Source: Heptranchias perlo (taxonomy: Eukaryota). From it: a stretch of DNA of 64,000 nt. A model generated the notes under the pieces. It saw nothing but the letters and a program-made list of their open reading frames with translations. It had not been told where the DNA came from and made no database searches. Shown piece after piece: positions 36,151-47,733 of the stretch. Each line of letters starts with the position of its first letter. Position 1 is the stretch's first letter. The stretch spans positions 25,730,001 to 25,794,000 of the forward strand of contig NC_090339.1 of assembly GCF_035084215.1 (NCBI RefSeq). Direction: 5' to 3'. Made by a program: the position numbers and the translations under genes.

Positions 36151-36559
36151 TTTTCTTTTCAGATTTTTATAGACCTATAGTGCAATTTCGATTTTACACC
36201 CATGATGCTTACAGTCATCAGAGAAAAAAGACACTTTCATCCCTTCAATCTGTCCTAGATTTGAATAGAGGACCATAAAGAGAGGGTGATTTTCTAACTC
36301 ACATTATGGGCTACTTCCAGAGCAAGGTTAAGTAAAATGAGAATTAAGGTCTCGGTGTTTTCCTGCAAAATCATTAATTTTCCAAAGAAGCAGCATGTTT
36401 AGGTGAACAGTTAGTGATTAAATTCCACCCATATTTTGTGGTAGCTGTTACAGTACAAACTACCGGTTTGATTAGTTTATTGGTTACATTAAGAGGACAT
36501 TAAAAATTTGCTTGGCAGGGTTAAACAGTATATTTTGCCTTTTTCCATGTATTTTTCAG

Positions 36560-36615
36560 ACTGGCCGTGTTCTCTATACCTGTTTCCAGTCGATTCAAGC
36601 GCAGAAAGGTTCTGA
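36560..36615 (+). CDS. BRCC3: BRCC3 coding exon 5
   Basis: atttttcag|, 56 nt. Encodes TGRVLYTCFQSIQAQKGS(E); donor GA|gtaagt. Confidence 0.95.
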
Positions 36616-37327
36616 GTAAGTATATTGCAGCATACCTAATTCTAGTAAAACATAATGTATAATAAGAACCTTGGTTCTTAACTTGAGGTGATCATCAGTG
36701 TTCGATCTAGCCACATGTCGAACAGACAGTTGACATTCAAAATTGATGAAGATTGATCCAGTTGACAATCTACCAATATATGTCATCAGAAAACTAAATC
36801 CTAATTTTTTAATTAGCGTTAAAGATCTCTTGGACTAGAATTATCAATACCACATCAATTCTTTCTCTGAGAGAAAGCTCTTCTTTAAACAGTGCCATTG
36901 AACCTTTGATGTCCACCTGAACTGGCAAATGATTGATTGTATATCGTTCTTTAGTCTGTCATATTTATTGTGCATCATTATGTAGTACAACATGTTTATC
37001 ATGTTTTCTACCTCCTCTTGGAAACGATCTAATGAAAACTCCTCCCTCCCCTCCTGTTACCTGGAAGTGGCCCTTAGAACAAAGGAAAGGAAAACACGTG
37101 GCAACATTCTGAAACTATAGGGATTGTGATCGTCATTCTCCCCATTGCCACTGCTTGTGTGTAGAGGGTGGTTTCATTTGAAGAATGAGGAATATTTTAC
37201 GTTCTAACTAGGCAATAAGTCTGTGTTCCATTTAGGTTAGAATGGTGTGGGGTCACTGCTGAGAATGACACATTGTTCTATTTTAACTAACCCAGTACCT
37301 TTCAGAATTTTTGAGCGAGCGTTAAAA

Positions 37328-37565
37328 CTTCTTTACCCAAAGAGTGGTAAGAATGTGGAATGCACTACCACAAGGAGTAGTTGAGGCAAATAGCATTGAT
37401 GCATTTAAGGGGAAGCTAGATAAGCACATGAGGGAGAAAGGAATAGAAGGGTATGCTGAGAGGGTTTGATGACGTAGGGTGGGAGGATGCTCGCCTGGAG
37501 CATAAACGGCGGCATAGACCAGTTGGATTGAATGGCCTGATTCTAAGCTGTAGTTTTGATGTAAT
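37328..37565 (+). mobile_element. CR1 LINE 3' fragment
   Basis: FFTQRVVRMWNALPQ...FKGKLD remnant plus CR1 3' UTR. Confidence 0.75.
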
Positions 37566-38203
37566 TTAGAATTAATGTTTCGTTTTTCACAAAATCATTC
37601 AGGGAGGTGTATGGTAGAATCATTAGAATTCTGCTTTAGAACTACAAAATGTTTATTGTGTGACAATGTTATTCTGCAGTATTAGCATCAAAATAGCTTG
37701 TCGCAGTTCAGTCACTCTCCTTTGGAGCTCTGAATTTAGCTGTCACCCCGATGTTCAGTTGTTTGTGAGTAGAAAGCAAATGATTTAGTGGATGGTGGAG
37801 CACCAAAGTGTGTGCTCAGGAAGCACAGGTCACAATGTACTCATACTGCTCCATTTGCTGAGTTGCTGATCTCAATCTTGTTATTATGGGGAAATCTCAA
37901 GTGGAAGAAATTGGAGAGTTGGCCCATCCATACATTTGTCCTAGGACTGGCTTCAGAGTAGTTTTCACAGAGTCTGAAAGCTCATTGCTTGCCTTCTCTG
38001 CCAGGAGTTAAACTTAGTGTGAGATAACCAATTGGTGGAGAAAGTCAATTTCAAGTTAGAAACTTGTGCTCAAAATACATAGAAGTTGGTAGGGCTGTAA
38101 GTTAATCTGTGGGTCATTCAAGCATCATAAACTACTTGAACTGAACTCCTGATGGGTTAGGATGTCACCTGAATGTCATTAACCTTCGATAATTTGGTTA
38201 TAG

Positions 38204-38335
38204 GTATGAACGAATAGAAATCCCTATCCACGTAGTGCCACATGAAACCATTGGTAAAGTGTGCCTGGAGTCTGCTGTGGAACTTCCAAAAATTCTTTGT
38301 CAGGAGGAGCAGGATGCTTATAGAAGAATTCACAG
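38204..38335 (+). CDS. BRCC3: BRCC3 coding exon 6
   Basis: ttatag|, 132 nt. Encodes YERIEIPIHVVPHETIGKVCLESAVELPKILCQEEQDAYRRIH(S); donor AG|gtagag. Confidence 0.95.
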
Positions 38336-39433
38336 GTAGAGTAAGAAATGAGATGTAGCTTCCAGAATCAGACATTATTTATGTTGTATATATGATCTAT
38401 TGTCAATGAAGAACTGGAAGTCTGTTGGAACCATTTAATCCTTTGAATGGGCACATGATCACTCTAGAGAGAAAGTACCGAGGTCAGTGCTGTGGAGGAA
38501 TCTGCATCACAGTGCAGACTAAAGGTGTAAGATTTTGGACTTTCTGTCATAAAAGTGATTTACATTATGATTCTGTCAGTCACATTATGGTTCTGTTCAT
38601 TGGTTTTTATATAAACATTTGTATTTAAGATTTTGTTTTCCATTTTATAATATTTTTGTGCTTATCAAAATTATGGTGTCAATGCACCTAGTGTCACCAT
38701 CTAGTACTCCAAGATTAAGTACGATATGGGTCAGATACAGAATAAATTCCCCTGTACTTTGTCCCAACAATCTTCCAATCCAAGCCTCTAAAGAGCACCC
38801 TCTACTGCACCAGTGTGATACATACCCACATCAGCCATCTATATGATCTATCTTAGACTGGAATTACTGCTGAATTAAACCTAAATCTGCAGCAGATTTA
38901 AATTTGAATGTTAGAACCTGATTAAAGTTAAATATTCTTTGCTACAGATTCAAGCTCACAAGTATGAGGTTAAGACTGCCAAACTCATTTCAGTTAAGGC
39001 TTTTGATGGCTGTCAGAGGGTGTGGACTTTGACTGCCTCAGAGAGGTGAAAGGACAGCACTCAACCCAATGGACCATCCAGTCTTTCCCTTCTCCACTAT
39101 GATCAAATGCACTGATCCTGGTTCAGTTACACCTAATTTTTATTAATTAATATAATCTGACCAATATTTATTATATTCCATTGATCGCGCATATTATATT
39201 CCAGATATACTACGTGATTCTAATTATCTCATTACTGTCCACATCAGCAAAGCCCTTTTCACTCTGAAATTCCTGTGTTTTTGAACAGAATACTTCCATT
39301 TGAAGTCATTATTTTGAACCTGCTCTTGTTCCCATACAGTATATCTAAATACAGTAACGCTACTGTAACTCTACAGGCATCAGTCTTCTTCACCTCTTAT
39401 ATATACAATAATGAAACAGTCCTTCTCCCTGGA

Positions 39434-42025
39434 GAGTCCGGACCCCATGAAATCTCATGGCATCAGGTCAAACATGGGCAAGGAAAGCTCCTGCTGATTA
39501 CCACCTACCGCCCTCCCTCAGCTGATGAATCAGTCCTCCTCCATGTTGAACACCACTTGGAGGAAGCACTGAGGGTAGCAAGGGCACAGAATATACTCTG
39601 GGTGTGGGACTTCAATGTCCATCACCAAGAGTGGCTCGGTAGCACCACTGCTGACCGAGCTGGCCGAGTCCTGAAGGACATAGCTGCCAGACTGGGCCTG
39701 CGGCAGGTGGTGAGCGAACCAACACGAGGGAAAAACTTACTTGACCTCGTCCTCACCAATCTACCTGTCGCAAATGCATCTGTCCATGACAGTATTGGTA
39801 GGAGTGACCACCGCACAGTCCTCGTGCAGACGAAGTCCCGTCTTCGCACTGAGGACACCATCCAACGTGTTGTGTGGCACTACCACCGTGCTAAATGGGA
39901 TAGATTCAGAACAGATCTAGCAGCTCAAAACTGGGCATCCATGAGGTGCTGTGGGCCATCAGCAGCAGCACAATTGTATTCCAGCACAATATGTAACCTC
40001 ATGGCCCGGTATATTCCTCACTCTACCACTACCAATAAGCCAGGGGATCAACTCCAGTTCAATGAGGAGTATAGAAGAGCATGCCAGGAGCAGCACCAGG
40101 CATACCTAAAAATGAGGTGCCAACCTGGTGAAGCTACAACTCAGGACTACATGCATGCTAAACATCAGAAGCAACAGAGCTAAGCGATTCCACAACCAAC
40201 GGATCAGATCAAAGCTCTGCAGTCCTGCCACATCCAGTCGTGAATGGCGGTGGACAATTAAACAACTAATGGGAGGAGGAGGCTCTGTAACCATCCCCAT
40301 CCTCAATGATGGCGGAGTCCAGCACGTGAGTGCAAAAGACAAGGCTGAAGCGTTTGCAACCATCTTCAGCCAAAAGTGCTGAGTGGATGATCCATCTCGG
40401 CCTCCTCCCGATATCCCCACCATCACAGAAGCCAGTCTTCGGCCAATTCGATTCACTCCACGTGATATCAAGAAATGGCTGAGTGCACTGGATACAGCAA
40501 ACGCTATGGGCCCCGACAACATCCCGGCTGTAGTGCTGAAGACTTGTGCTCCAGAACTAGCTGCGCCTCTAGCCAAGCTGTTCCAGTACAGCTACAACAC
40601 TGGCATCTACCTGACAATGTGGAAAATTGCCCAGGTATGTTCTGTCCACAAAAAGCAGGACAAATCCAATCCGGCCAATTACCGCCCCATCAGTCGACTC
40701 TCAATCATCAGCAAAGTGATGGAAGGTGTCGTCGACAGTGCTATCAAGCGGCACTTACTCACAATAACCTGCTCATCGATGCTCAGTTTGGTTTCCATCA
40801 GGACCACTCGGCTCCAGACCTCATTACAGCCTTGGTCCAAACATGGACAGAAGAGCTGAATTCCAGAGGTGAGGTGAGAGTGACTGTCCTTGACATCAAG
40901 GCAGCATTTGACCGAGTGTGGCACCAAGGGGCCCTCGTAAAATTGAAGTCAATGGGAATCAGGGGGAAAACTCTCCAGTGGCTGGGGTCATACCTAGCAC
41001 AAAGGAAGATGGTAGTGGTTGTTGGAGGCCAATCATCTCAGCCCCAGGACATTGCTGCAGGAGTTCTTCAGCTGCTTCATCAATGACCTTCCCTCCGTCA
41101 CCAGGTCAGAAATGGGGATGTTCGCTGATGATTGCACAGTGTTCAGTTACATTTGCAACCCCTCAGATAATGAAGCAGTCCGTGCCCGCATGCAGCAAGA
41201 CCTGGACAACATCCAGGATTGGGCTGATAAGTGGCAAGTAACATTCGCGCCAGTCAACTGCCAGGCAATGACCATCTCCAACGAGAGAGAGTCTAACCAC
41301 CTCCCCTTGACATTCAACGGCATTACCATCGCCGAATCCCCCACCATGAACATCCTGGGGGTCACCATTGACCAGAAACTTAACTGGACCAGCCATATAA
41401 ATACTGTGGCTACAAGAGCAGGTCAGAGGCTGGGTATTCTGCGGCGAGTGACTCACCTCCTGACTCCCCAAAGCCTTTCCACCATCTACAAGGCACAAGT
41501 CAGAATTGTGATGGAATACTCTCCACTTGCCTGGATGAGTGCAGCTCCAACAACACTCGAAGCTCAACACCATCCAGGACAAAGCAGGCCGCTTGATTGG
41601 CACCCCATCCACCACCCTAAACATTCACTCCCTTCACCACCGGCGCATTGTAGCTGCAGTGCGTACCATCCACAGGATGCACTGCAGCAACTCGCCAAGG
41701 CTTGTTCGACAGCACCTCCCAAACCAGCGACCTCTACCACCTAGAAGGACAAGAGCAGCAGGCGCATGGGAACACCACCACCTGCACGTTCCCCTCCAAG
41801 TCACACACCATCCCGATGTGGAAATATATCGCCTTTCCTTCATCGTCGCTGGGTCAAAATCCTGGAACTCCCTTCCTAACAGCGCTGTGGGAAAACCTTC
41901 ACCACACGGACTGCAGCGGTTCAAGAAGGCGGCTCACCACCACCTTCTCGATGGCAATTAGGGATGGGCAATAAATGCTGGCCTCGCCAGCGACGCCCAC
42001 ATCCCATGAGCGAATTTTTTTTTAA
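39434..42025 (+). mobile_element. CR1/L2-group LINE (Zenon-like family), endonuclease to 3' end
   Basis: APE endonuclease motifs (YRPP, DFNVHH, LDLVLTN, SDH) and RT motifs (LDIKAAFDRVWH, FADD) with frameshifts; family 3' tail. Confidence 0.92.
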
Positions 42026-42257
42026 AAAAGGAGGCTCTGTTAGCTCCATCTTAAATTTACTTTTAGTTTATTGGTGTTAATATTATTGGAAACAGAATAA
42101 TTGTATTCTGGTGGTTTAGTATATTGTAATGTGGATCCTGCCTCTTTTTTGGTATGGTTGAAATTTACTAATCTAGTTCACTTTCTTGCTGCCAATAGAT
42201 TTGTGTATCCAACAGAAGGTTCTCCATACAGCTGTAACTCTTTATTATTTGTTTCAG

Positions 42258-42301
42258 CCTGACACATCTGGACCCAATAACCAAGATTCATAATGGATCA
42301 G
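42258..42301 (+). CDS. BRCC3: BRCC3 coding exon 7
   Basis: gtttcag|, 44 nt. Encodes LTHLDPITKIHNGS, then G|gtaaat (phase 1). Confidence 0.94.
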
Positions 42302-43153
42302 GTAAATAATGGCTCAATGCCTCCACAACCTTTTTTTAAAAAAAATTGCACATTAAATGGTGTAATAGAAGAGTTCAGCCGCAGACTTGTGTCTTTGATC
42401 CTCATGGTTGCTGGAGAAACAATAATAGGGTGGGAGGAACAATGTGGAAGTCAAAGATTTCCATTTCACAGAAGAGCTCTTTTCCCCTCCCTGAGTTCAC
42501 AAAGGACTTCTTCCCCCTTCCCCCAGTTCACAGAGGTATGCTGCAGGGAGGATAATTAACTATGTGCTTAAACTTCTATATAGAAGAGACAAAATTACAG
42601 ACAACAGCACTGTGAAAAGTGATGCTTAAAGCTTTGCCACTGGTATTCTTTGCGTACTTGTGCATATTATTCACAAATGTATAGCGCTAAGTTCAAGTGC
42701 ATCTTGAAGGATTACTGCTGCCAGAAGTAAAAGTTTTTTTTTATAATTTAGAAAACTTTCAAGATATTGCTATGAGGCTGCTTGATTTGTCATGACATTG
42801 AAAGTTTTATGGTGTTTGTCTGCAGTATAATTGGAGCATGTATGGAGTTATGCCACAGATACACAGGCAGTGTATGTCACATTACAGTTGTAGAATTATA
42901 GCTGATAGATAGAACTGGTGGCACTAGGTTAAAATGTGGAGCGTTTTGTGAAATAACACATGTTCTGTGGAAATTGCCACCCTGAACTAGGGCTCATTGT
43001 TAACTATTTGAATGTGTGCCTGTCTGGCATTATTGGATCTGCTTTCTTTACTGTTCATGGTAGTCATGATGTGGAGATGCCGGTGATGGACTGGGGTTGA
43101 CAATTGTAAACAATTTTACAACACCAAGTTATAGTCCAGCAATTTTATTTTAA

Positions 43154-43194
43154 ATTCACAAGCTTTCGGAGACTTCCTCCTTCCTCAGGTAAAT
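43154..43194 (-). ncRNA. Minimal type I hammerhead ribozyme motif (Penelope pseudo-LTR)
   Basis: Reverse complement of the motif at 46826-46866. Confidence 0.65.
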
Positions 43195-44413
43195 GTTCAG
43201 GATCTCCTTGAAGCCTACGCATTTATACATATAGAACAATAAATGGTGTTTACAGACTGCCCCTGCAACTGCCCGTTGCCAAGGCAATCACCGTGTTCAG
43301 ACAGAGAGGTGTCACCTGCAGAACCCCCGAATACACATTCAACAAAAAAACAAACAGGGAAAAAAAACAGAGAAGAAAAACAGAGAGAGGCAGAAATATC
43401 CGGAAGGCAGAGAGAGCCAGCAAATGACCCATTATATTAAAAACAGATAACATTTGTTCGCTGGTGGGGTAACGTGTAGCGTGACATGAACCCAAGATCC
43501 CGGTTGAGGCCGTCCTCATGGGTGCGGAACTTGGCTATCAATTTCTGCTCGACGATTTTGCGTTGTCGTGTGTCTCGAAGGCCGCCTTGGAGTACGCTTA
43601 CCCGAAGGTCGGTGGATGAATGTCCATGACTGCTGAAGTGTTCCCCGACTGGGAGGGAACCCTCCTGTTTGGCGATTGTTGCGCGGTGTCCGTTCATCCG
43701 TTGTCGCAGCGTCTGCATGGTCTCGCCAATGTACCATGCTCTGGGGCATCCTTTCCTGCAACGTATGAGGTAGACAACGTTGGCCGAGTCACAGGAGTAT
43801 GAACCATGCACCTGGTGGGTGGTGTCCTCTCGTGTGATGGTGGTATCTGTGTCGATGATCTGGCATGTCTTGCAGAGGTTACCGTGGCAGGGTTGTGTGG
43901 CGTCGTGGACGCTGTTCTCCTGAAAGCTGGGTAATTTGCTGCGAACGATGGTCTGTTTGAGGTTGGGTGGCTGTTTAAAGGCGAGTAGTGGAGGTGTGGG
44001 GATGGCCATAGCGAGGTGTTTGTCCTCATTGATGACATGTTGAAGGCTGCGGAGAACATGGCGTAGTTTCTCCGCTCCGGGGAAGTACTGGACGACAAAG
44101 GGTACTCTGTTGGTTGCGTCCCGTGTTAGTCTCCTGAGGAGGTCTATGCGATTTTTTGCTGTGGCCCGTCGGAACTGTCGATCGATGAGTCGAGCGTCAT
44201 ATCCCGTTCTTACTAGGGCGTCTTTCAGCGTCTGTAGGTGTCCATCGCGTTCCTCCTCGTCTGAGCAGACCCTGTGTATTCGCAGGGCCTGTCCATAGGG
44301 GATGGCCTCTTTGACGTGGTTAGGGTGGAAGCTGGAAAAGTGGAGCATCGTGAGGTTGTCCGTGGGCTTGCGGTAGAGTGAGGTGCTGAGGTGCCCGTCT
44401 TTGATGGAGATTC

Positions 44414-46585
44414 GTGTGTCCAAGTCTCGCGGCGGACACAGAGGAATTCATCAGGAGAATGAGGCTCCGGGAATTCTACCACAAACCCCAAGATTTCAGC
44501 AGCGAACCCAATGAGACAATCGACGATCCGGAACAGCAGACAGAGGGATCCGCGGTACAGCAACCGAAGAGGAAAGAGTCAAACTGGACTCCTCCGGAGG
44601 GTCGCTGCCCTCAGCTGGACATGTATGCTCAAGCTGTCAGGAAATGCGTCAATGCCAGATTCATCAGCCGCACTCAGAAGACAGTCCAGAATGTCACCCG
44701 AGCACAACGCAACGCCATCAACGCTCTCAAGACCAACCGCAACATCGTCATCAAACCAGCGGACAAAGGAGGAGCCATAGTCATACAGAACAGAACAGAC
44801 TATTGCAAAGAAGCATACCGACAACTGGACAACCAGGAACACTACAGACGGTTACCCGCAGATCCGACCAAAGAACACACCCACCAGCTCAACAAACTGA
44901 TCAAGACCTTCGATCCAGACCTTCAAAGCATCCTACGCACTCTCATCCCACGTAATCCCCGCGTGGGAGACTTCTACTGCCTCCCAAAGATACACAAAGC
45001 CAACACACCCGGACGTCCTATCGTATCAGGCAACGGAACCCTGTGTGAGAACCTCTCTGGATACATCGAGGGCATCCTGAAACCCATCGTACAGGGAACC
45101 CCCAGCTTCTGTCGCGACACTACAGACTTCCTACAAAAACTCAGTACCCACGGACCAGTTGAACCAGGAACACTTCTCACCACGATGGACGTCTCGGCAC
45201 TATACACCAGTATCCCCCACGATGACGGCATCGCTGCGACAGCATCAATACTCAACACCAACAACAGCCAATCTCCGGAAGCCATCCTACAACTCATCCG
45301 CTTCATCCTGGATCACAATGTCTTCACCTTCGATAACCAGTTCTTTACCCAAACACACGGAACAGCCATGGGGACCAAATTCGCACCCCAATACGCCAAC
45401 ATTTTCATGCACAAGTTCGAGCAGGACTTCTTCACTGCACAAGACCTCCAACCAACACTATACACCAGATACATCGACGACATTTTCTTTCCATGGACCC
45501 ACGGCAAGGAATCACTAAAGAGACTACACGATAACATCAACAAGTTCCATCCCACCATCAAGCTCACCATGGACTACTCCTCAGAATCAGTTTCTTTCTT
45601 GGACACACGAATCTCCATCAAAGACGGGCACCTCAGCATCTCACTCTACCGCAAGCCCACGGACAACCTCATGATGCTCCACTTTTCCAGCTTCCACCCT
45701 AACCACGTCAAAGAGGCCATCCCCTATGGACAGGCCCTGCGAATACACAGGGTCTGCTCAGACGAGGAGGAACGCGATGGACACCTACAGACGCTGAAAG
45801 ACGCCCTAGTAAGAACGGGATATGACGCTCGACTCATCGATCGACAGTTCCGACGGGCCACAGCAAAAAATCGCATAGACCTCCTCAGGAGACTAACACG
45901 GGACGCAACCAACAGAGTACCCTTTGTCGTCCAGTACTTCCCCGGAGCGGAGAAACTACGCCATGTTCTCCGCAGCCTTCAACATGTCATCAATGAGGAC
46001 AAACACCTCGCTATGGCCATCCCCACACCTCCACTACTCGCCTTTAAACAGCCACCCAACCTCAAACAGACCATCGTTCGCAGCAAATTACCTAGCTTTC
46101 AAGAGAACAGCGTCCACGACGCCACACAACCCTGCCACGGTAACCTCTGCAAGACATGCCAGATCATCGACACAGATACCACCATCACACGAGAGGACAC
46201 CACCCACCAGGTGCATGGTTCATACTCCTGTGACTCGGCCAACGTTGTCTACCTCATACGTTGCAGGAAAGGATGCCCCAGAGCATGGTACATTGGCGAG
46301 ACCATGCAGACGCTGCGACAACGGATGAACGGACACCGCGCAACAATCGCCAAACAGGAGGGTTCCCTCCCAGTCGGGGAACACTTCAGCAGTCATGGAC
46401 ATTCATCCACCGACCTTCGGGTAAGCGTACTCCAAGGCGGCCTTCGAGACACACGACAACGCAAAATCGTCGAGCAGAAATTGATAGCCAAGTTCCGCAC
46501 CCATGAGGACGGCCTCAACCGGGATCTTGGGTTCATGTCACGCTACACGTTACCCCACCAGCGAACAAATGTTATCTGTTTTTAA
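44414..46585 (+). CDS. Penelope-like RT + GIY-YIG endonuclease ORF (5'-truncated, uninterrupted)
   Basis: RT motifs FYCLPKIHK, GRPIVS, MDVSALYTSI, QTHGTAMG, RYIDDIF; CxxC; GIY-YIG motif NVVYLIRC...WYIGET...R...H. The listed start falls in the inversion junction, so it is not the native start. Confidence 0.92.
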   Translation: MCPSLAADTEEFIRRMRLREFYHKPQDFSSEPNETIDDPEQQTEGSAVQQPKRKESNWTPPEGRCPQLDMYAQAVRKCVNARFISRTQKTVQNVTRAQRNAINALKTNRNIVIKPADKGGAIVIQNRTDYCKEAYRQLDNQEHYRRLPADPTKEHTHQLNKLIKTFDPDLQSILRTLIPRNPRVGDFYCLPKIHKANTPGRPIVSGNGTLCENLSGYIEGILKPIVQGTPSFCRDTTDFLQKLSTHGPVEPGTLLTTMDVSALYTSIPHDDGIAATASILNTNNSQSPEAILQLIRFILDHNVFTFDNQFFTQTHGTAMGTKFAPQYANIFMHKFEQDFFTAQDLQPTLYTRYIDDIFFPWTHGKESLKRLHDNINKFHPTIKLTMDYSSESVSFLDTRISIKDGHLSISLYRKPTDNLMMLHFSSFHPNHVKEAIPYGQALRIHRVCSDEEERDGHLQTLKDALVRTGYDARLIDRQFRRATAKNRIDLLRRLTRDATNRVPFVVQYFPGAEKLRHVLRSLQHVINEDKHLAMAIPTPPLLAFKQPPNLKQTIVRSKLPSFQENSVHDATQPCHGNLCKTCQIIDTDTTITREDTTHQVHGSYSCDSANVVYLIRCRKGCPRAWYIGETMQTLRQRMNGHRATIAKQEGSLPVGEHFSSHGHSSTDLRVSVLQGGLRDTRQRKIVEQKLIAKFRTHEDGLNRDLGFMSRYTLPHQRTNVICF

Positions 46586-46825
46586 TATAATGGGTCATTT
46601 GCTGGCTCTCTGCCTTCCGGATGTTTCTGCCTCTCTCTGTTTTTCTTCTCTGTTTTTTTTCCCTGTTTGTTTTTTTGTTGAATGTGTATTCGGGGGTTCT
46701 GCAGGTGACACCTCTCTGTCTGAACACGGTGATTGCCTTGGCAACGGGCAGTTGCAGGGGCAGTCTGTAAACACCATGTATTGTTCTATATGTATAAATG
46801 CGTAGGCTTCAAGGAGATCCTGAAC

Positions 46826-46866
46826 ATTTACCTGAGGAAGGAGGAAGTCTCCGAAAGCTTGTGAAT
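46826..46866 (+). ncRNA. Minimal type I hammerhead ribozyme motif (Penelope pseudo-LTR)
   Basis: AUUUAC-CUGAGGA-A-GGAGG(AAG)UCUCC-GAAA-GC-UU-GUGAAU: CUGANGA and GAAA cores, stem II, stem I and a palindromic AGCU mini stem III. Confidence 0.68.
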
Positions 46867-47733
46867 TTAAAATAAAATTGCTGGACTATAACTTGGTGTT
46901 GTAAAATTGTTTACAATTCTTTACTGTTGGTTATCTTCTTATCTGAATACTGTTGTTGATGCAAGTGATTATAGCGAACAAAGCTATTCCTTTCTTTGAG
47001 CGCTCAGTATTTCTAAATGGAGATGGGAGGGGGAAGAGTGCCCTTGTACTTGGGGAGGAGGGAAAAAGTGCCTGTGTACTGGGGGGGAGACAGCAATAGA
47101 GTCTCTGAATTCAAGAGAGGGGAGAGTGCTTGTTTAAGTAGCTTTTGGGATAGTCATGGTGTAGTTGGCATATTGAATGTGGATGAACCTAAATGTCATT
47201 TAATTTTCCTGGAAACTTTTTTAGATTAAAAATCTATCAATTTTGAATTTAGTAAGTGTTCTAGGGTTAATCGCAATGTACCATTTTTAATGTAAAAATT
47301 CATAACTTACAAGGGGATCATCCCCCTGGACCCCCCCCCCCACTGAAATTCATGTGCCAATAGCTGCAGGAAGGGTGGGGGTCAGCATTTAGAAGGAGTA
47401 TATACAATTCTAAATTTGCTGCCTACAGCCATTGGTGAGCTAGAATTTGTGGAGCTCGTACAGTGTTGGAGAAGTTGAGCCTAGAGGTAACAAAGGCATA
47501 GATGGGGGTTCAGTGACGGGCATGGTAGTGAGATAGGAACAGAAGTACGCAATATTATCTGGGTGGAAATAGGTGGTTTTGGTGATGGACAGGACGTGTA
47601 ATATGACAGGGAACTAAGCTTGTGCACCACAGGGTACATAACCTGTGCGATGTGAAACATGTGATTTTCTCCACATGCAAATTGATTCAATAGATTATTT
47701 GTTTTTAAAGGGCAACATTACAGAAGTTAGTTT

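Larger units (their letters stand above)
43056..46916. mobile_element. Penelope-like retroelement insertion with an inverted 3' arm
   Basis: Minus arm 43102-44424 is a near-identical reverse complement of ~45598-46918. Flanked by a 12-bp direct repeat ttctttactgtt (43044-43055 and 46917-46928). Confidence 0.95.

Noticed and set aside
43437-44423. 328-aa minus-strand ORF as an independent gene
   Set aside because: It is the inverted duplicate of the 3' part of the Penelope ORF.
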